Shown here: positions 31,529 through 40,363 of the stretch, in pieces
How positions within the stretch are numbered: the first letter of the stretch is position 1
How the letters are laid out: each line of letters begins with the position of its first letter
Source: Vulcanimicrobiota bacterium
Lineage (GTDB): Bacteria; Vulcanimicrobiota; Vulcanimicrobiia; Vulcanimicrobiales; Vulcanimicrobiaceae
DNA: 64,000 nt
Assembly: GCA_963714015.1 (NCBI GenBank)
Contig: OY970223.1
Span: 736,001-800,000 of the forward strand
Direction: 5' to 3'
The notes under the pieces: model-generated
Databases searched by the model: none
The model's input: only the letters and a program-made list of their open reading frames with translations
Told to the model about the DNA's origin: nothing
Program-made: the position numbers and the translations under genes

Positions 31529-32244
31529 TCCGCGGGGTGTGAGGCGGACTTTTCCGAGCTAATTCGTTTGCGCGGGAAAAGATCGCGTCGAACATCGGTA
31601 CCGTCAGCTTGCCGGTATTCGTGTTCTGCCGGCTGGGATGAAACGAAGCGACGAGCGTGATGTTACGGTCGCCTTTGCGGGCACAAATTTCCACGCCGTG
31701 ACCAAACTGCGGCCGCTCCGGATCGATCGCAAAGCCGCTCGCCTTGAGCCCGTCGATTGCCGCTTTGGTTCCGATGGCCCCCAGGCCGACGATAACGCGA
31801 ACCCGATCGAGTACCCGGATCTCATCGACCAAATATTGAAAGCAGCGGCGCAGTTCTTCCGGAGTCGGTTTGTTTTGCGGCGGTGCACAACGCAGCGCCG
31901 CCGTGATAACGCAATCGCGCAGCTCGTAATCCGTCGTCGCGATGAACGGCGGAAGCGTGAGTGGACAGACCGGCGCGATGCAGCGCCGGGTATAAAAAGT
32001 CGCCCGAAGCGTCGCCCGTGAACGGGCGGCCGGTGCGGTTACTCCCATGCGCGCCCGGTGCGAGTCCGACGAGCATGATTCGCGCTTGCGGATCGCCGAA
32101 CGCCGGAACGGGTTTTCCCCAATACTCCCAATCGCGATACGCGCGCTTTTTCTCTGCGGCTACCTGACGACAGTACGCGCGCAGTTCCGGACACCGCGTG
32201 CATCGCACGACGCTGCGCTGAATCAAGTCGAAAGCGGTCGTCAT
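31512..32244 (-). CDS. Uracil-DNA glycosylase (family 5/UdgB-like), frameshift near 31930
   Basis: 'CTRCPEL', 'GLAPGAHGSNRTGRPFTGD', 'RCAPPQNKP', 'HPSRQNTNTG'. Confidence 0.88.
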
Positions 32245-32308
32245 TGGTAGTATCTGCTCTTTTCGGAAACGGCAGCCGCACGGGATCAGGTGCGGTACCG
32301 GTCATTCT

Positions 32309-35224
32309 ATGTTACAACAGAGGTACTCGCCTTCCAGAGGTCCCGCCTTGGCGGTTCGAGACTTCCCATCGACGGAACACATACGGCGCGAAGCGTTGCT
32401 GGCGCGATACGGGCGCGTGCACCCTCGCATTCTGGAGCTCGTCGCACCCGCGGGATACGGAAAGAGTACTTTTGCCCGTCAGGTAACCGAAGGTTTGCCG
32501 ACGGCCGTGTGTGATTGCTCGGGCGTCACCGATCTCAAAGAGTTAGCCCGGCACCTTCTACGTTCTTTCGCAGAGCTGTGGCCCGACAAGACGTCGTTCT
32601 TAATTCAGTGCGAAGTACAGAGTGCGCACGGCCTCTCCGTCGCAGCCGACCTCGCGCTTCAGGCGTGGCGCCAGGAGTGCGCGCCGCACGCCTTTATCAT
32701 CGAGAATGCGGAAATGCTTTCCCACATCGACGGAGCGCGCGGCTTCTTCTCGAAGATGCTCGCGACGTCTCCGATTCCGCGAACCCTGATCCTGTGCAGT
32801 CGGCAGCGCCTTCCGGTGCGATTCGGCAGATTTGCGTCCGGAAGTGAATTGCTCAGCCTTGGCAGTCTCGACCTCGCCTTCACTGCGCAAGAGTGCGCCC
32901 GCGTTTTTTCCGCACATACATTGCCCACAGAGACGCTCGATCGGCTTTTTGACTTCAGCCGCGGCTGGCCAATGCTCGTTGCGCTATTCGAGGGCTTTGC
33001 CCGTGACGGAACGCTCGAACCCTTGCTGCGCCGCTTGGAGACCGTGCCTCTTGAACGCGTGCAACGGCACGTCATCGACGAGGCGTATTCGCGTCTGCCG
33101 CCGCTTATAAAAGAGGCCCTCATCGTTATCGCGCTCGTGCCCGAGACGACTACAACGGACCTTGGAACCGTAATGGGAGACGAAGCGAGCCGGTATGTGT
33201 GCGATTATGTACATTCTTCACCATTTGTGACGCTCCATGGAGGAAAGTTTGCGTTGCATCCGCTTATCGAGGCGATGCTTCGCGAACGATTCTCCAGCCG
33301 CCGCGCCGGGCTTCTGGCGAACCTAGCACGGCGGCATGAGGACGAACGCACTGTGGTGCGCGCGGCGGAACTTCATCTGGCTAACGGCGATCAGGAATCT
33401 GCCGCTCGAAACCTCGATGCGATACCTTGGCTCGAACAGCCTGCGCCTTCGCTGCGAATTGCTCGAATCATCGGGTCGCTGGATCGAAGCGTGCTGATGA
33501 AATTCCCGCAGTTGTGGGGGATATCCGTAGCGTATAGCCGCTTTTCGATCGATCCGATGACGGCCGTCGGCGAGGCGCGCGAGATATTGGCAAAGCTCGG
33601 GGAATCCTCGCCGCCGTCCGAACGCATGCACGTCATTCGTCCGTTGGCGGGCTATCTTAGCCGGCTTGGCATGCATGATGAAGCCTATCGGATGATTTGC
33701 GAGCTGGAACACGCGCTTGAGGTCCCTCGAACGCCGCAAAGCGTCAACGAAGCAGCCGTGCTATACATTCGAATGATGATTGCGGGCAGGCTCGGGCGTT
33801 TGAATGAATCTTTGGAACTTGCCGAACGTGCGCGGCTGCTGTTGCTGCGGCACGATGGGACTGCGGCAATTTACTTGACCGAGCAGGCCTCAGAAGTCAT
33901 GCGCCCGTTGGGACGCCGCGAACAAGAGCGAGCGATGCTTGATGCGGCGATCCAGCGATCGCTGGACGGCCACTACGCCGTGAATGCCGCCTTAGCCCTG
34001 GCGGAGGCATCGTTTGGCGCCTTTCTTGCCGGCGAGGACGTGTTGTTCGAAGGATATGTGCGGGCGCTCAACGAGCAGGTCGAAGCGGATGCGGTTCGGG
34101 GGCTCTGGTACTATGCCGCGGTTGCAAGAGGCGAACGAAACCTTCCTCCTCTCGGTTCGGAGCTGCCCAAGTGGATTGCGTGCGCGCATATCGTGGCCGC
34201 TGCGGCAGCCGAAGATCCGCAAGACGCGCTCACTCACGCTACAGCGGCCCGCGAAGCTGCAATCCGGTATTCATCGCCTTTCGTGCAGGTTATCGCAACG
34301 CTTGTCTACGGTGAGGTATGCCGGGGCCCGCGATCCGTTCATGCCGCGGCGGCATTCGAGTTAGCGCAATCCCTCGAGTCGCCTTCGCTGCATGAATCTT
34401 TGCAGGCGTATATTGCGGGCGACGAAGATATCGGAATGCTCGCGCCTCTGATTCGGCGTTTTAGACGGCCATTGCCCAAGCGTGCGCGGTCGTGTCACCT
34501 GCTCGTGCTCTCGGGAGAGGTTATTGTCGACTCCGATCGCATCGCGCTCTCGGATCGCAAAATGGAAGTACTCACCGTCCTTGCGGTATCGCGCCACGGT
34601 ATGTCGCGCGAGTCTATTCTGGAACGAGTATGGCCGGCTCTCCCGGGAGCGGCTGCGCTCAACGCCTTCAATCTATGCATCCACCAGTTGCGAAGGATCC
34701 TGGGAGAAGAAGCGATTCTCCTCGTGCGGGACCGCTATAGGCTTGGGGACAACGTGCGCGTCGATATTCGCCAGATCGAAGAGTTTCTCCCAGCCGTCGA
34801 TATGCGTGCCGACCTGAGCGTCAGTCAGTTGGCGGTGCTCGAGCGTTTCCACGCGCAGATCCAACAGCCGTTTCCTGAGCGTTACGAATCGTGGGTATGG
34901 TTTGGCGAGACCGAACGGCGTATTGAAGAGTTGCGCTGCGACGTTGTGGCAAAGCTGGCGGATGCGGCGCTGCGCCGGTGTGACTTCCCGAAGGCGCTTG
35001 CGCTGGCGCGCGATATTCTCGAACACGATCCGTGCGACGAGCCGGCCAGAGAGATTGCTATCCGCGCGTACGTCGCCTCCGGCGATCAGGCGGCCGCCTT
35101 CCGAGAGTATCGCCGCTATCGAAACGTTCTTATGGAGGAGCTCGGCGCGGCGCCCGCCCTGGTGCTCGAGACCCTTCTCCTCCCGCTCGATCCTGCAAAG
35201 CAGTTGGAAAGTATCGTGCGATAG
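32309..35224 (+). CDS. Large transcriptional regulator: MalT/STAND-like NTPase, helical repeats, wHTH and BTAD (SARP-type) domain
   Basis: Walker A 'APAGYGKST', 'SRGWP', 'HPL'; C-terminal 'RESILERVWP...IHQLRRILG...YRL...VDI' and 'HDPCDEPA...LMEELGAAP'. Confidence 0.85.
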   Translation: MLQQRYSPSRGPALAVRDFPSTEHIRREALLARYGRVHPRILELVAPAGYGKSTFARQVTEGLPTAVCDCSGVTDLKELARHLLRSFAELWPDKTSFLIQCEVQSAHGLSVAADLALQAWRQECAPHAFIIENAEMLSHIDGARGFFSKMLATSPIPRTLILCSRQRLPVRFGRFASGSELLSLGSLDLAFTAQECARVFSAHTLPTETLDRLFDFSRGWPMLVALFEGFARDGTLEPLLRRLETVPLERVQRHVIDEAYSRLPPLIKEALIVIALVPETTTTDLGTVMGDEASRYVCDYVHSSPFVTLHGGKFALHPLIEAMLRERFSSRRAGLLANLARRHEDERTVVRAAELHLANGDQESAARNLDAIPWLEQPAPSLRIARIIGSLDRSVLMKFPQLWGISVAYSRFSIDPMTAVGEAREILAKLGESSPPSERMHVIRPLAGYLSRLGMHDEAYRMICELEHALEVPRTPQSVNEAAVLYIRMMIAGRLGRLNESLELAERARLLLLRHDGTAAIYLTEQASEVMRPLGRREQERAMLDAAIQRSLDGHYAVNAALALAEASFGAFLAGEDVLFEGYVRALNEQVEADAVRGLWYYAAVARGERNLPPLGSELPKWIACAHIVAAAAAEDPQDALTHATAAREAAIRYSSPFVQVIATLVYGEVCRGPRSVHAAAAFELAQSLESPSLHESLQAYIAGDEDIGMLAPLIRRFRRPLPKRARSCHLLVLSGEVIVDSDRIALSDRKMEVLTVLAVSRHGMSRESILERVWPALPGAAALNAFNLCIHQLRRILGEEAILLVRDRYRLGDNVRVDIRQIEEFLPAVDMRADLSVSQLAVLERFHAQIQQPFPERYESWVWFGETERRIEELRCDVVAKLADAALRRCDFPKALALARDILEHDPCDEPAREIAIRAYVASGDQAAAFREYRRYRNVLMEELGAAPALVLETLLLPLDPAKQLESIVR

Positions 35225-35227
35225 GCT
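35195..35227 (+). promoter_or_regulatory. Putative SARP-type heptad box pair plus -10 hexamer
   Basis: GCAAAGC-agtt-GGAAAGT, 9 nt, TAGGCT; AGGAGG SD before the ATG at 35259. Confidence 0.55.
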
Positions 35228-35258
35228 CGGCTTCACTAGCAATAGGAGGCATTCGGTC

Positions 35259-35783
35259 ATGATTACAGTTCTTCGAAGCTGCGTGCTTGGCGCGCTCCTT
35301 CTCGCCTCCGCGTGCGGAGGAAGCTCCGGCGTGGCGGGTACGCCCGTGGTGACTGCCGCGGCCGGTCCGAATTTCAATTCGACCTTTGGAGGCTTTATGG
35401 AAATAACCGGCGGCAATCCGCCGGCTTCCATCACGTTGATCGGCACCGGCATCGGCAGCGATTCCACCGGTGCCAGCCATGCAACGTTTACGCAAACCGT
35501 CGTCTTTGCGACGACCCCCAATCAAATCAATAACGGGAAGTTCGCCTTCAATTACGCCGACGGTTCGACGCTGGCCGGAACCTACTCGGGCACGGCGACG
35601 CCGCCGGACAGTCACGGGAACACGCAGGGCAGCGGTTCGTTCGCCGTTACTACCGGGTCAGGGCGGTTTTCCAAGGCCGCGGGAAACACGGGGACGTGGA
35701 CCGTGACCGCTCAGATTGCCCCGCAAGGTTCGAATCCTGCGGGCACAATCAGTGTGAACTTCGTAGGCACGCTGACCCTATGA
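35259..35783 (+). CDS. Hypothetical lipoprotein, beta-rich
   Basis: Lipobox 'LASAC'; Gly/Thr-rich beta strands 'GSFAVTTGSGRF'. Confidence 0.75.
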   Translation: MITVLRSCVLGALLLASACGGSSGVAGTPVVTAAAGPNFNSTFGGFMEITGGNPPASITLIGTGIGSDSTGASHATFTQTVVFATTPNQINNGKFAFNYADGSTLAGTYSGTATPPDSHGNTQGSGSFAVTTGSGRFSKAAGNTGTWTVTAQIAPQGSNPAGTISVNFVGTLTL

Positions 35784-36610
35784 TTCTGTTCGTCGGCGCG
35801 ACGGGTCAGCTCGGCGAAATCATCGCGCGCAAGCTTCTTTATCGCGTAGAGAAGGTGCGAGCGTTAGTCCGCGAAGGCTCGGATTATCATTGGATCCGCG
35901 AATCCGGCGGTGAATGCGCGATTGGCGACCTCAAGGATCGTGCATCGGTCTTCGGTGCATTCGATCGCATCGATCGTGTCGTTACAACTGCCAATTCCGT
36001 ACGGCGGCGCGCGCCGGATACGATCGAGAGCGTGGACATCCAGGGAACCTGCAATCTCATCGACGCAGCAGCACGCGGTGGCGTCGAACGGTTTTTGTAC
36101 GTATCGGCGTATGGCGCCGCGCTCGACAGCCCCTCACCGCTGCTTTCGGCAAAAGCGTACATCGAGGCGTACTTACGCAATTCGCAGGTGCCTTACACGA
36201 TCGTGCGGCCGAATCTGTTCATGGACGTGTGGGCGGAGAACGTCGTCGGTAAACCCGCGCGCGAGGGAAAAGGCGTTTGGTTTGCAGGCGATGGTCAGCG
36301 TCGTCACGCCATGGTCGCGTGCGCGGACGTCGCGGAGATCGCGGTCCGGGCGCTGTTTGACGACGACGCCCGGTGCAGCACCTTACAGATTGGCGGGCCG
36401 GCGGCCGTTTCGTGGAATGACGTTGTGAACGCCTACGAACGCGCACTCGGACATCCAATCGAGCGAGCTGCGCAGCCCGATCCGATGCCCGAGACAATGC
36501 TGCAGTTACTGCGTTCGCTCGACCAATTCGACTCGACGATCGACATGAGCGCTATCATTGCGCGGTACGGTATAACGCTCATGACGATCGATCGGTTTGC
36601 GCTTATGTAG
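35780..36610 (+). CDS. NAD(P)-binding NmrA/atypical SDR family protein
   Basis: 'ILFVGATGQLG', 'RALVR', 'YTIVRP', 'DVA'. Confidence 0.85.
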   Translation: MILFVGATGQLGEIIARKLLYRVEKVRALVREGSDYHWIRESGGECAIGDLKDRASVFGAFDRIDRVVTTANSVRRRAPDTIESVDIQGTCNLIDAAARGGVERFLYVSAYGAALDSPSPLLSAKAYIEAYLRNSQVPYTIVRPNLFMDVWAENVVGKPAREGKGVWFAGDGQRRHAMVACADVAEIAVRALFDDDARCSTLQIGGPAAVSWNDVVNAYERALGHPIERAAQPDPMPETMLQLLRSLDQFDSTIDMSAIIARYGITLMTIDRFALM

Positions 36611-36641
36611 ATGTGCAAACGTGTTTTCGTGACCGCGCGCT

Positions 36642-38249
36642 TTATGGAACTATGGTAAAGTAGCCTCGTTGCACGCTTAATGGAGCGGCCCATGTTGCAA
36701 TCGTATTCCCAAGGACGTCCGTTTCGTTCATGATGCCAAATGTCATGAAATGCAGATAACCTGTACTGTCGGATGCGATGCCCACGGAGTGAGGCAACTC
36801 ATTTATCTCAAACGATATCAATCGACTTCCGTCAAGAACGGAATATCCGCTGACGAACTGGTGTACTTGGTACGTATAAACATAGACGGCACTGGCGACC
36901 GGATCATAGGCTATCCTTCCCCCGTTAAGGGTTCCCCCATCCAATGATAACGAAGATGAAATGCTGGCGCCGGTTAACGAAAAGACAGAGATTGCCCCGC
37001 CAAGTTCGTTACCAGTGTAGTCGACGATATAGAGGTTGTTGAGGCCATACGCGATGCCGGCCGGCGAAGTGAGGTCTTGAAATGAGTTTGGTGGTGTTAC
37101 ATCGTCGCCTTCGGGATCATATTCCTTCACCCCATTGGAACCCAAGGCCCCGTAGAAGCGGTCGTTTGCTGCGACATACTGGAGATCGGAAAATCCCGAT
37201 CCCGGAGTAAACGAACCAGTAAGTGTTTGGGCGTTGCCGTTCAGGTCCCAAGCAAAAACCCCTTGCGGGTTGGAACAGTTGCTGTAGATGTAGTTGTTTG
37301 TCGAATCGAATGTCGTAGCGTAGCACTCTCCCGACCCCGGAAACGAGTTCGTAGTCGTTATGACATTGCCGTCCTGATCTGTAACGGCCATTCCGCTCAT
37401 GCTCTCCGGAAAAACGAAGGCCGCCTTTGTAGCGATTGCCAGCGATGCTCCGGTCGTGGCTCCGCTCGGCAAGGGCGTCGGCCCCGTTGTCACGCAATGT
37501 TGTGATGAACCCGACACGGACTCCGCCGCGCCGTCCGGCATCGCCGAAATGGCGCTGACGGCAAACGTATTGTTTCCCGTGGGCACGACCTGCAAGGCTG
37601 AGCCGCCGTCTTGAGACATTGACACAGGTGGTACGAAGCCAGGGGCCACAATCACGTTACCGTACATATCCTCAGCGTTGGCGACGATTTGCTGCGGCAG
37701 CGTCCCGACAAGAACGTTGACGGGTTGTCCATAAACGTTCTCGGTTTCTGCGTAATTCGGGTTCGTGGGCACAAAGTTGAGGCCGATTTGCGTGCAGATA
37801 CCGTCGATGGTCGCGCCGATCGTGTTGAGCACATTTGGTTGAATGCCTTGGCTGAGCTGCGTTTGGCCAAGCACGTTGCCTTGACCGTCAGGCTCGTCGA
37901 ACGTCTTAATGAGAAACGTGTCGGTGCCCAGCGGCGCGTCGATGTTCACCGTGGAGAACCCGCCGTTGGCCGGCTTATTCGTCACTTGCGCCAATTGCTG
38001 GTCATTATTGACGTCTATCGAAACGCTTAGCGCGGACGGGGAAACGAAATCCCGATGACGCAGTCCTTTAGCCGCTGTTTTCGACGGCCAGTGCATCGTG
38101 AAGACGGCCTGACCGATTGGGACGGACGGTTTCGTAACGAAGTTTCCAGGGATGGCCGTGCTACCGTGTCCGCCGCAACCGGCTAGGGCGATCGCCAGAG
38201 AGACGGCAACGGCGCCGAAACGGATCTTGCGATGTGCGTTGCCGTTCAT
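36642..38249 (-). CDS. Lipoprotein with Ig-like N-terminal region and C-terminal beta-propeller-like repeats
   Basis: Lipobox 'LAGC'; repeats 'DxxGN...F.G', 'PAGIAY...LYIVD', 'IAYDP'. Confidence 0.75.
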   Translation of the reverse strand: MNGNAHRKIRFGAVAVSLAIALAGCGGHGSTAIPGNFVTKPSVPIGQAVFTMHWPSKTAAKGLRHRDFVSPSALSVSIDVNNDQQLAQVTNKPANGGFSTVNIDAPLGTDTFLIKTFDEPDGQGNVLGQTQLSQGIQPNVLNTIGATIDGICTQIGLNFVPTNPNYAETENVYGQPVNVLVGTLPQQIVANAEDMYGNVIVAPGFVPPVSMSQDGGSALQVVPTGNNTFAVSAISAMPDGAAESVSGSSQHCVTTGPTPLPSGATTGASLAIATKAAFVFPESMSGMAVTDQDGNVITTTNSFPGSGECYATTFDSTNNYIYSNCSNPQGVFAWDLNGNAQTLTGSFTPGSGFSDLQYVAANDRFYGALGSNGVKEYDPEGDDVTPPNSFQDLTSPAGIAYGLNNLYIVDYTGNELGGAISVFSLTGASISSSLSLDGGTLNGGRIAYDPVASAVYVYTYQVHQFVSGYSVLDGSRLISFEINELPHSVGIASDSTGYLHFMTFGIMNETDVLGNTIATWAAPLSVQRGYFTIVP

Positions 38250-38689
38250 TGTATATTCCCCTGTGTGATCGTGACGCCCGCTGCGACGGTTGCCGTGCGT
38301 CCGTTAGCGTCGGAGATCGTTACCGTGCACGCCCCCGGACTGACCGCCTGCAGAAGGAAAAAGTACGTAGATAGGTTCAGCGGCTGGGAGGGTTGTCCAA
38401 GCGCCACTGACTGGGTGCTGCCGGTGCAGTCGAGATTGAACGAAAAGCCGCCGGTATAGTTGCGCTCGACCGCGTAAAAGTATGCCTGCTGGCCAACCGC
38501 CGTGAACGCAACGGTCAGTTTGTTGAGCGCGAGCCCCCCGGGCACGCCCGCGTCCGCCGACGCAATCTGATAGAGCCCGAGGTCGTTTGGCGGTTGCGAG
38601 ACCGGCGTGGGGCCCGCAGAGCCGCCTACACCGCAGCCGGCGATCAGCGACACTCCAGCCGCCAGAAAAATGGATTGAAGACCTTTCAT
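38246..38689 (-). CDS. Hypothetical lipoprotein
   Basis: Lipobox 'IAGC'; 'GACTVTISDANG' Ig-like strand; GGGAG SD; overlaps the next gene by 4 nt. Confidence 0.72.
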   Translation of the reverse strand: MKGLQSIFLAAGVSLIAGCGVGGSAGPTPVSQPPNDLGLYQIASADAGVPGGLALNKLTVAFTAVGQQAYFYAVERNYTGGFSFNLDCTGSTQSVALGQPSQPLNLSTYFFLLQAVSPGACTVTISDANGRTATVAAGVTITQGNIQ

Positions 38690-38721
38690 GACAGAACTCC
38701 CTGCAAATAGAAGGTGCCATG

Positions 38722-38754
38722 ATTGTCGAGCGCCAGACTTTCCGCTAACTTTCC
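38722..38754 (-). promoter_or_regulatory. Putative SARP-type heptad box pair plus -10 hexamer
   Basis: Minus strand: GGAAAGT-tagc-GGAAAGT, 9 nt, GACAAT. Confidence 0.6.
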
Positions 38755-38758
38755 AACC

Positions 38759-39271
38759 TTACCGCATCCCCGGAAAACCGAGGCGCGCAAGCGCAGCGTA
38801 GGCTACGACGCCCACGGCAGTGGAGAGGTTGATGCTGCGCACGGTGCCGGGGCGCTGCGGAATGCGCAAGGCTCGCTGAGGATTCGCGTCGAGCAAGGCT
38901 TGCGGCAACCCCTTCGTTTCCTTGCCGAAAACGAGCACGTCGCCCATTGCGAACTCCGCATCGGCGTAGCAATTCGACGCGCGGGTTGAGAGGAACCAGC
39001 GGTTCATGCCGGCGGTTCGTTCGAGAAACTCGTCGACCGAAGGATGTATAACCACGCCCAAATGCTTCCAGTAATCCAATCCGGCGCGCTTGAGGCGGCG
39101 ATCGTCGATGGTGAATCCCATGGGTTCGATCAGGTGCAGGCGGCACCCGGTTGCCGCGCACAAACGAGCGACGTTTCCGGTGTTCGGCGGAATCTCCGGT
39201 TCGATCAGCGCGACGTGCAGCGGCACACTCGCTCCAAGATCCCCAAAGACGCGATCGGCCGGCTGCGTCAT
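38759..39271 (-). CDS. trmL: tRNA (cytidine(34)-2'-O)-methyltransferase
   Basis: 'EPEIPPNTGNVARLC', 'LKRAGLDYW', 'FGKETKGLP', 'RSINLS'. Confidence 0.93.
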   Translation of the reverse strand: MTQPADRVFGDLGASVPLHVALIEPEIPPNTGNVARLCAATGCRLHLIEPMGFTIDDRRLKRAGLDYWKHLGVVIHPSVDEFLERTAGMNRWFLSTRASNCYADAEFAMGDVLVFGKETKGLPQALLDANPQRALRIPQRPGTVRSINLSTAVGVVAYAALARLGFPGMR

Positions 39272-40134
39272 GCGTTGACGATCGGCAGAAAGTCGATGCC
39301 CACCGGGGCGATAGCGTAAGCAACGCCGTCGTTGCGAATCCACAGTTGCTCGAGCGCCGCTCGAGGATAGACGACGCGCACGTGCGGCGCAGCCGGATCG
39401 TTCACCGCACAGTCGCCGTTCGCCGTAAAGCCGCAGAGCACCGCGAGATGACCCTGCGAATGCTCGATCGGAGCACCCGGCAATTCGCCCTCGCGCCACC
39501 CGTACGAGATCGGCAGCGGCATGCCGAGTTCGATCAGGCGCTGGGCGTGATCCAAATTGCGCAAATACACGACGTGGGCGCGCAAGCCGAGTTCACCGCT
39601 GAACGCGGTACTGAAGGCCCAATTCCCGGTGCCGTTGTACGCGCGGTCGAAGATCTTCGTCGCCGTACTGGGCACGTCGCCGTCTAACCCGTGGTACGCA
39701 TTGACCATCGAAAGCGAAGCCGCGCTGCACCAGCCGCGTTCGCCCTCGACGGCGTATTGCGATCGCGCCGGCACGTCCAATATCCGGGCATCGCCGATGT
39801 ACGGCAACGACGCCGAATTATGGACCGGAGAAGCAAAGGCGACCGACTTGAAATCGACTCCCGGCGCTCGCACTTCGAGTCCGTCGAACGGATGCATGGA
39901 CCGGATCACATCCACGTCGATCCGCACCTCGGGATGCTCGGGCGAAAACGATTGCCGTCCCTCCGGCGACCAATGGGCATACGTCATCCACGGCGACGCC
40001 GCAGAATGCGCGCGCATCAGCCGCACCGCGATCTCGCCCGAGTCCGAAAAGCTGTTCCAACTCAAAACGCCTTCGCGCGCCGGCTCGAACGTGAGCGTCG
40101 CAAAATCTTCAACGTCGGTTTTGAGTGCAAGCAC
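39268..40134 (-). CDS. Peptidase C39-like family protein
   Basis: 'VPARSQ...WCSAASLSM' (Cys), 'GTGNW', 'GHLAV..GF' (His), 'VNDPA' (Asp). Confidence 0.8.
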   Translation of the reverse strand: MLALKTDVEDFATLTFEPAREGVLSWNSFSDSGEIAVRLMRAHSAASPWMTYAHWSPEGRQSFSPEHPEVRIDVDVIRSMHPFDGLEVRAPGVDFKSVAFASPVHNSASLPYIGDARILDVPARSQYAVEGERGWCSAASLSMVNAYHGLDGDVPSTATKIFDRAYNGTGNWAFSTAFSGELGLRAHVVYLRNLDHAQRLIELGMPLPISYGWREGELPGAPIEHSQGHLAVLCGFTANGDCAVNDPAAPHVRVVYPRAALEQLWIRNDGVAYAIAPVGIDFLPIVNA

Positions 40135-40156
40135 GCAGTTCGTATTATCCCCTCAA

Positions 40157-40363
40157 TCGGACTTTATTGACGGGTTGGTTTGGGAGGCCGGCTCCCGGCT
40201 GCGGGGCGCGCTCGGACTTTTTCGCGTAAGACAGGATGTCGATTTCAAAACTTCGTTCACGCGAAAAAGCCGCGCGAACAGGAAATTCACACGATGTGAA
40301 TTACGGAGTGGCGACATGCAGCCGGGAGCCGGCCTCCCAAACCAACCCGTCAATAAAATCAGA
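40157..40363. repeat. ~200-bp element with perfect 40-bp terminal inverted repeats (MITE-like or structured RNA)
   Basis: TTTATTGACGGGTTGGTTTGGGAGGCCGGCTCCCGGCTGC at 40163-40202 and its exact reverse complement at 40318-40357; internal hairpins. Confidence 0.85.

Noticed and set aside
32245..38758. Integrative mobile element or prophage
   Set aside because: No integrase, transposase, tRNA target or flanking direct repeats were seen; reported only as an accessory islet.
40157..40363. Retron msr-msd (inverted repeats flanking hairpins)
   Set aside because: No reverse transcriptase is encoded nearby; the flanking genes are a peptide-binding protein and a peptidase.
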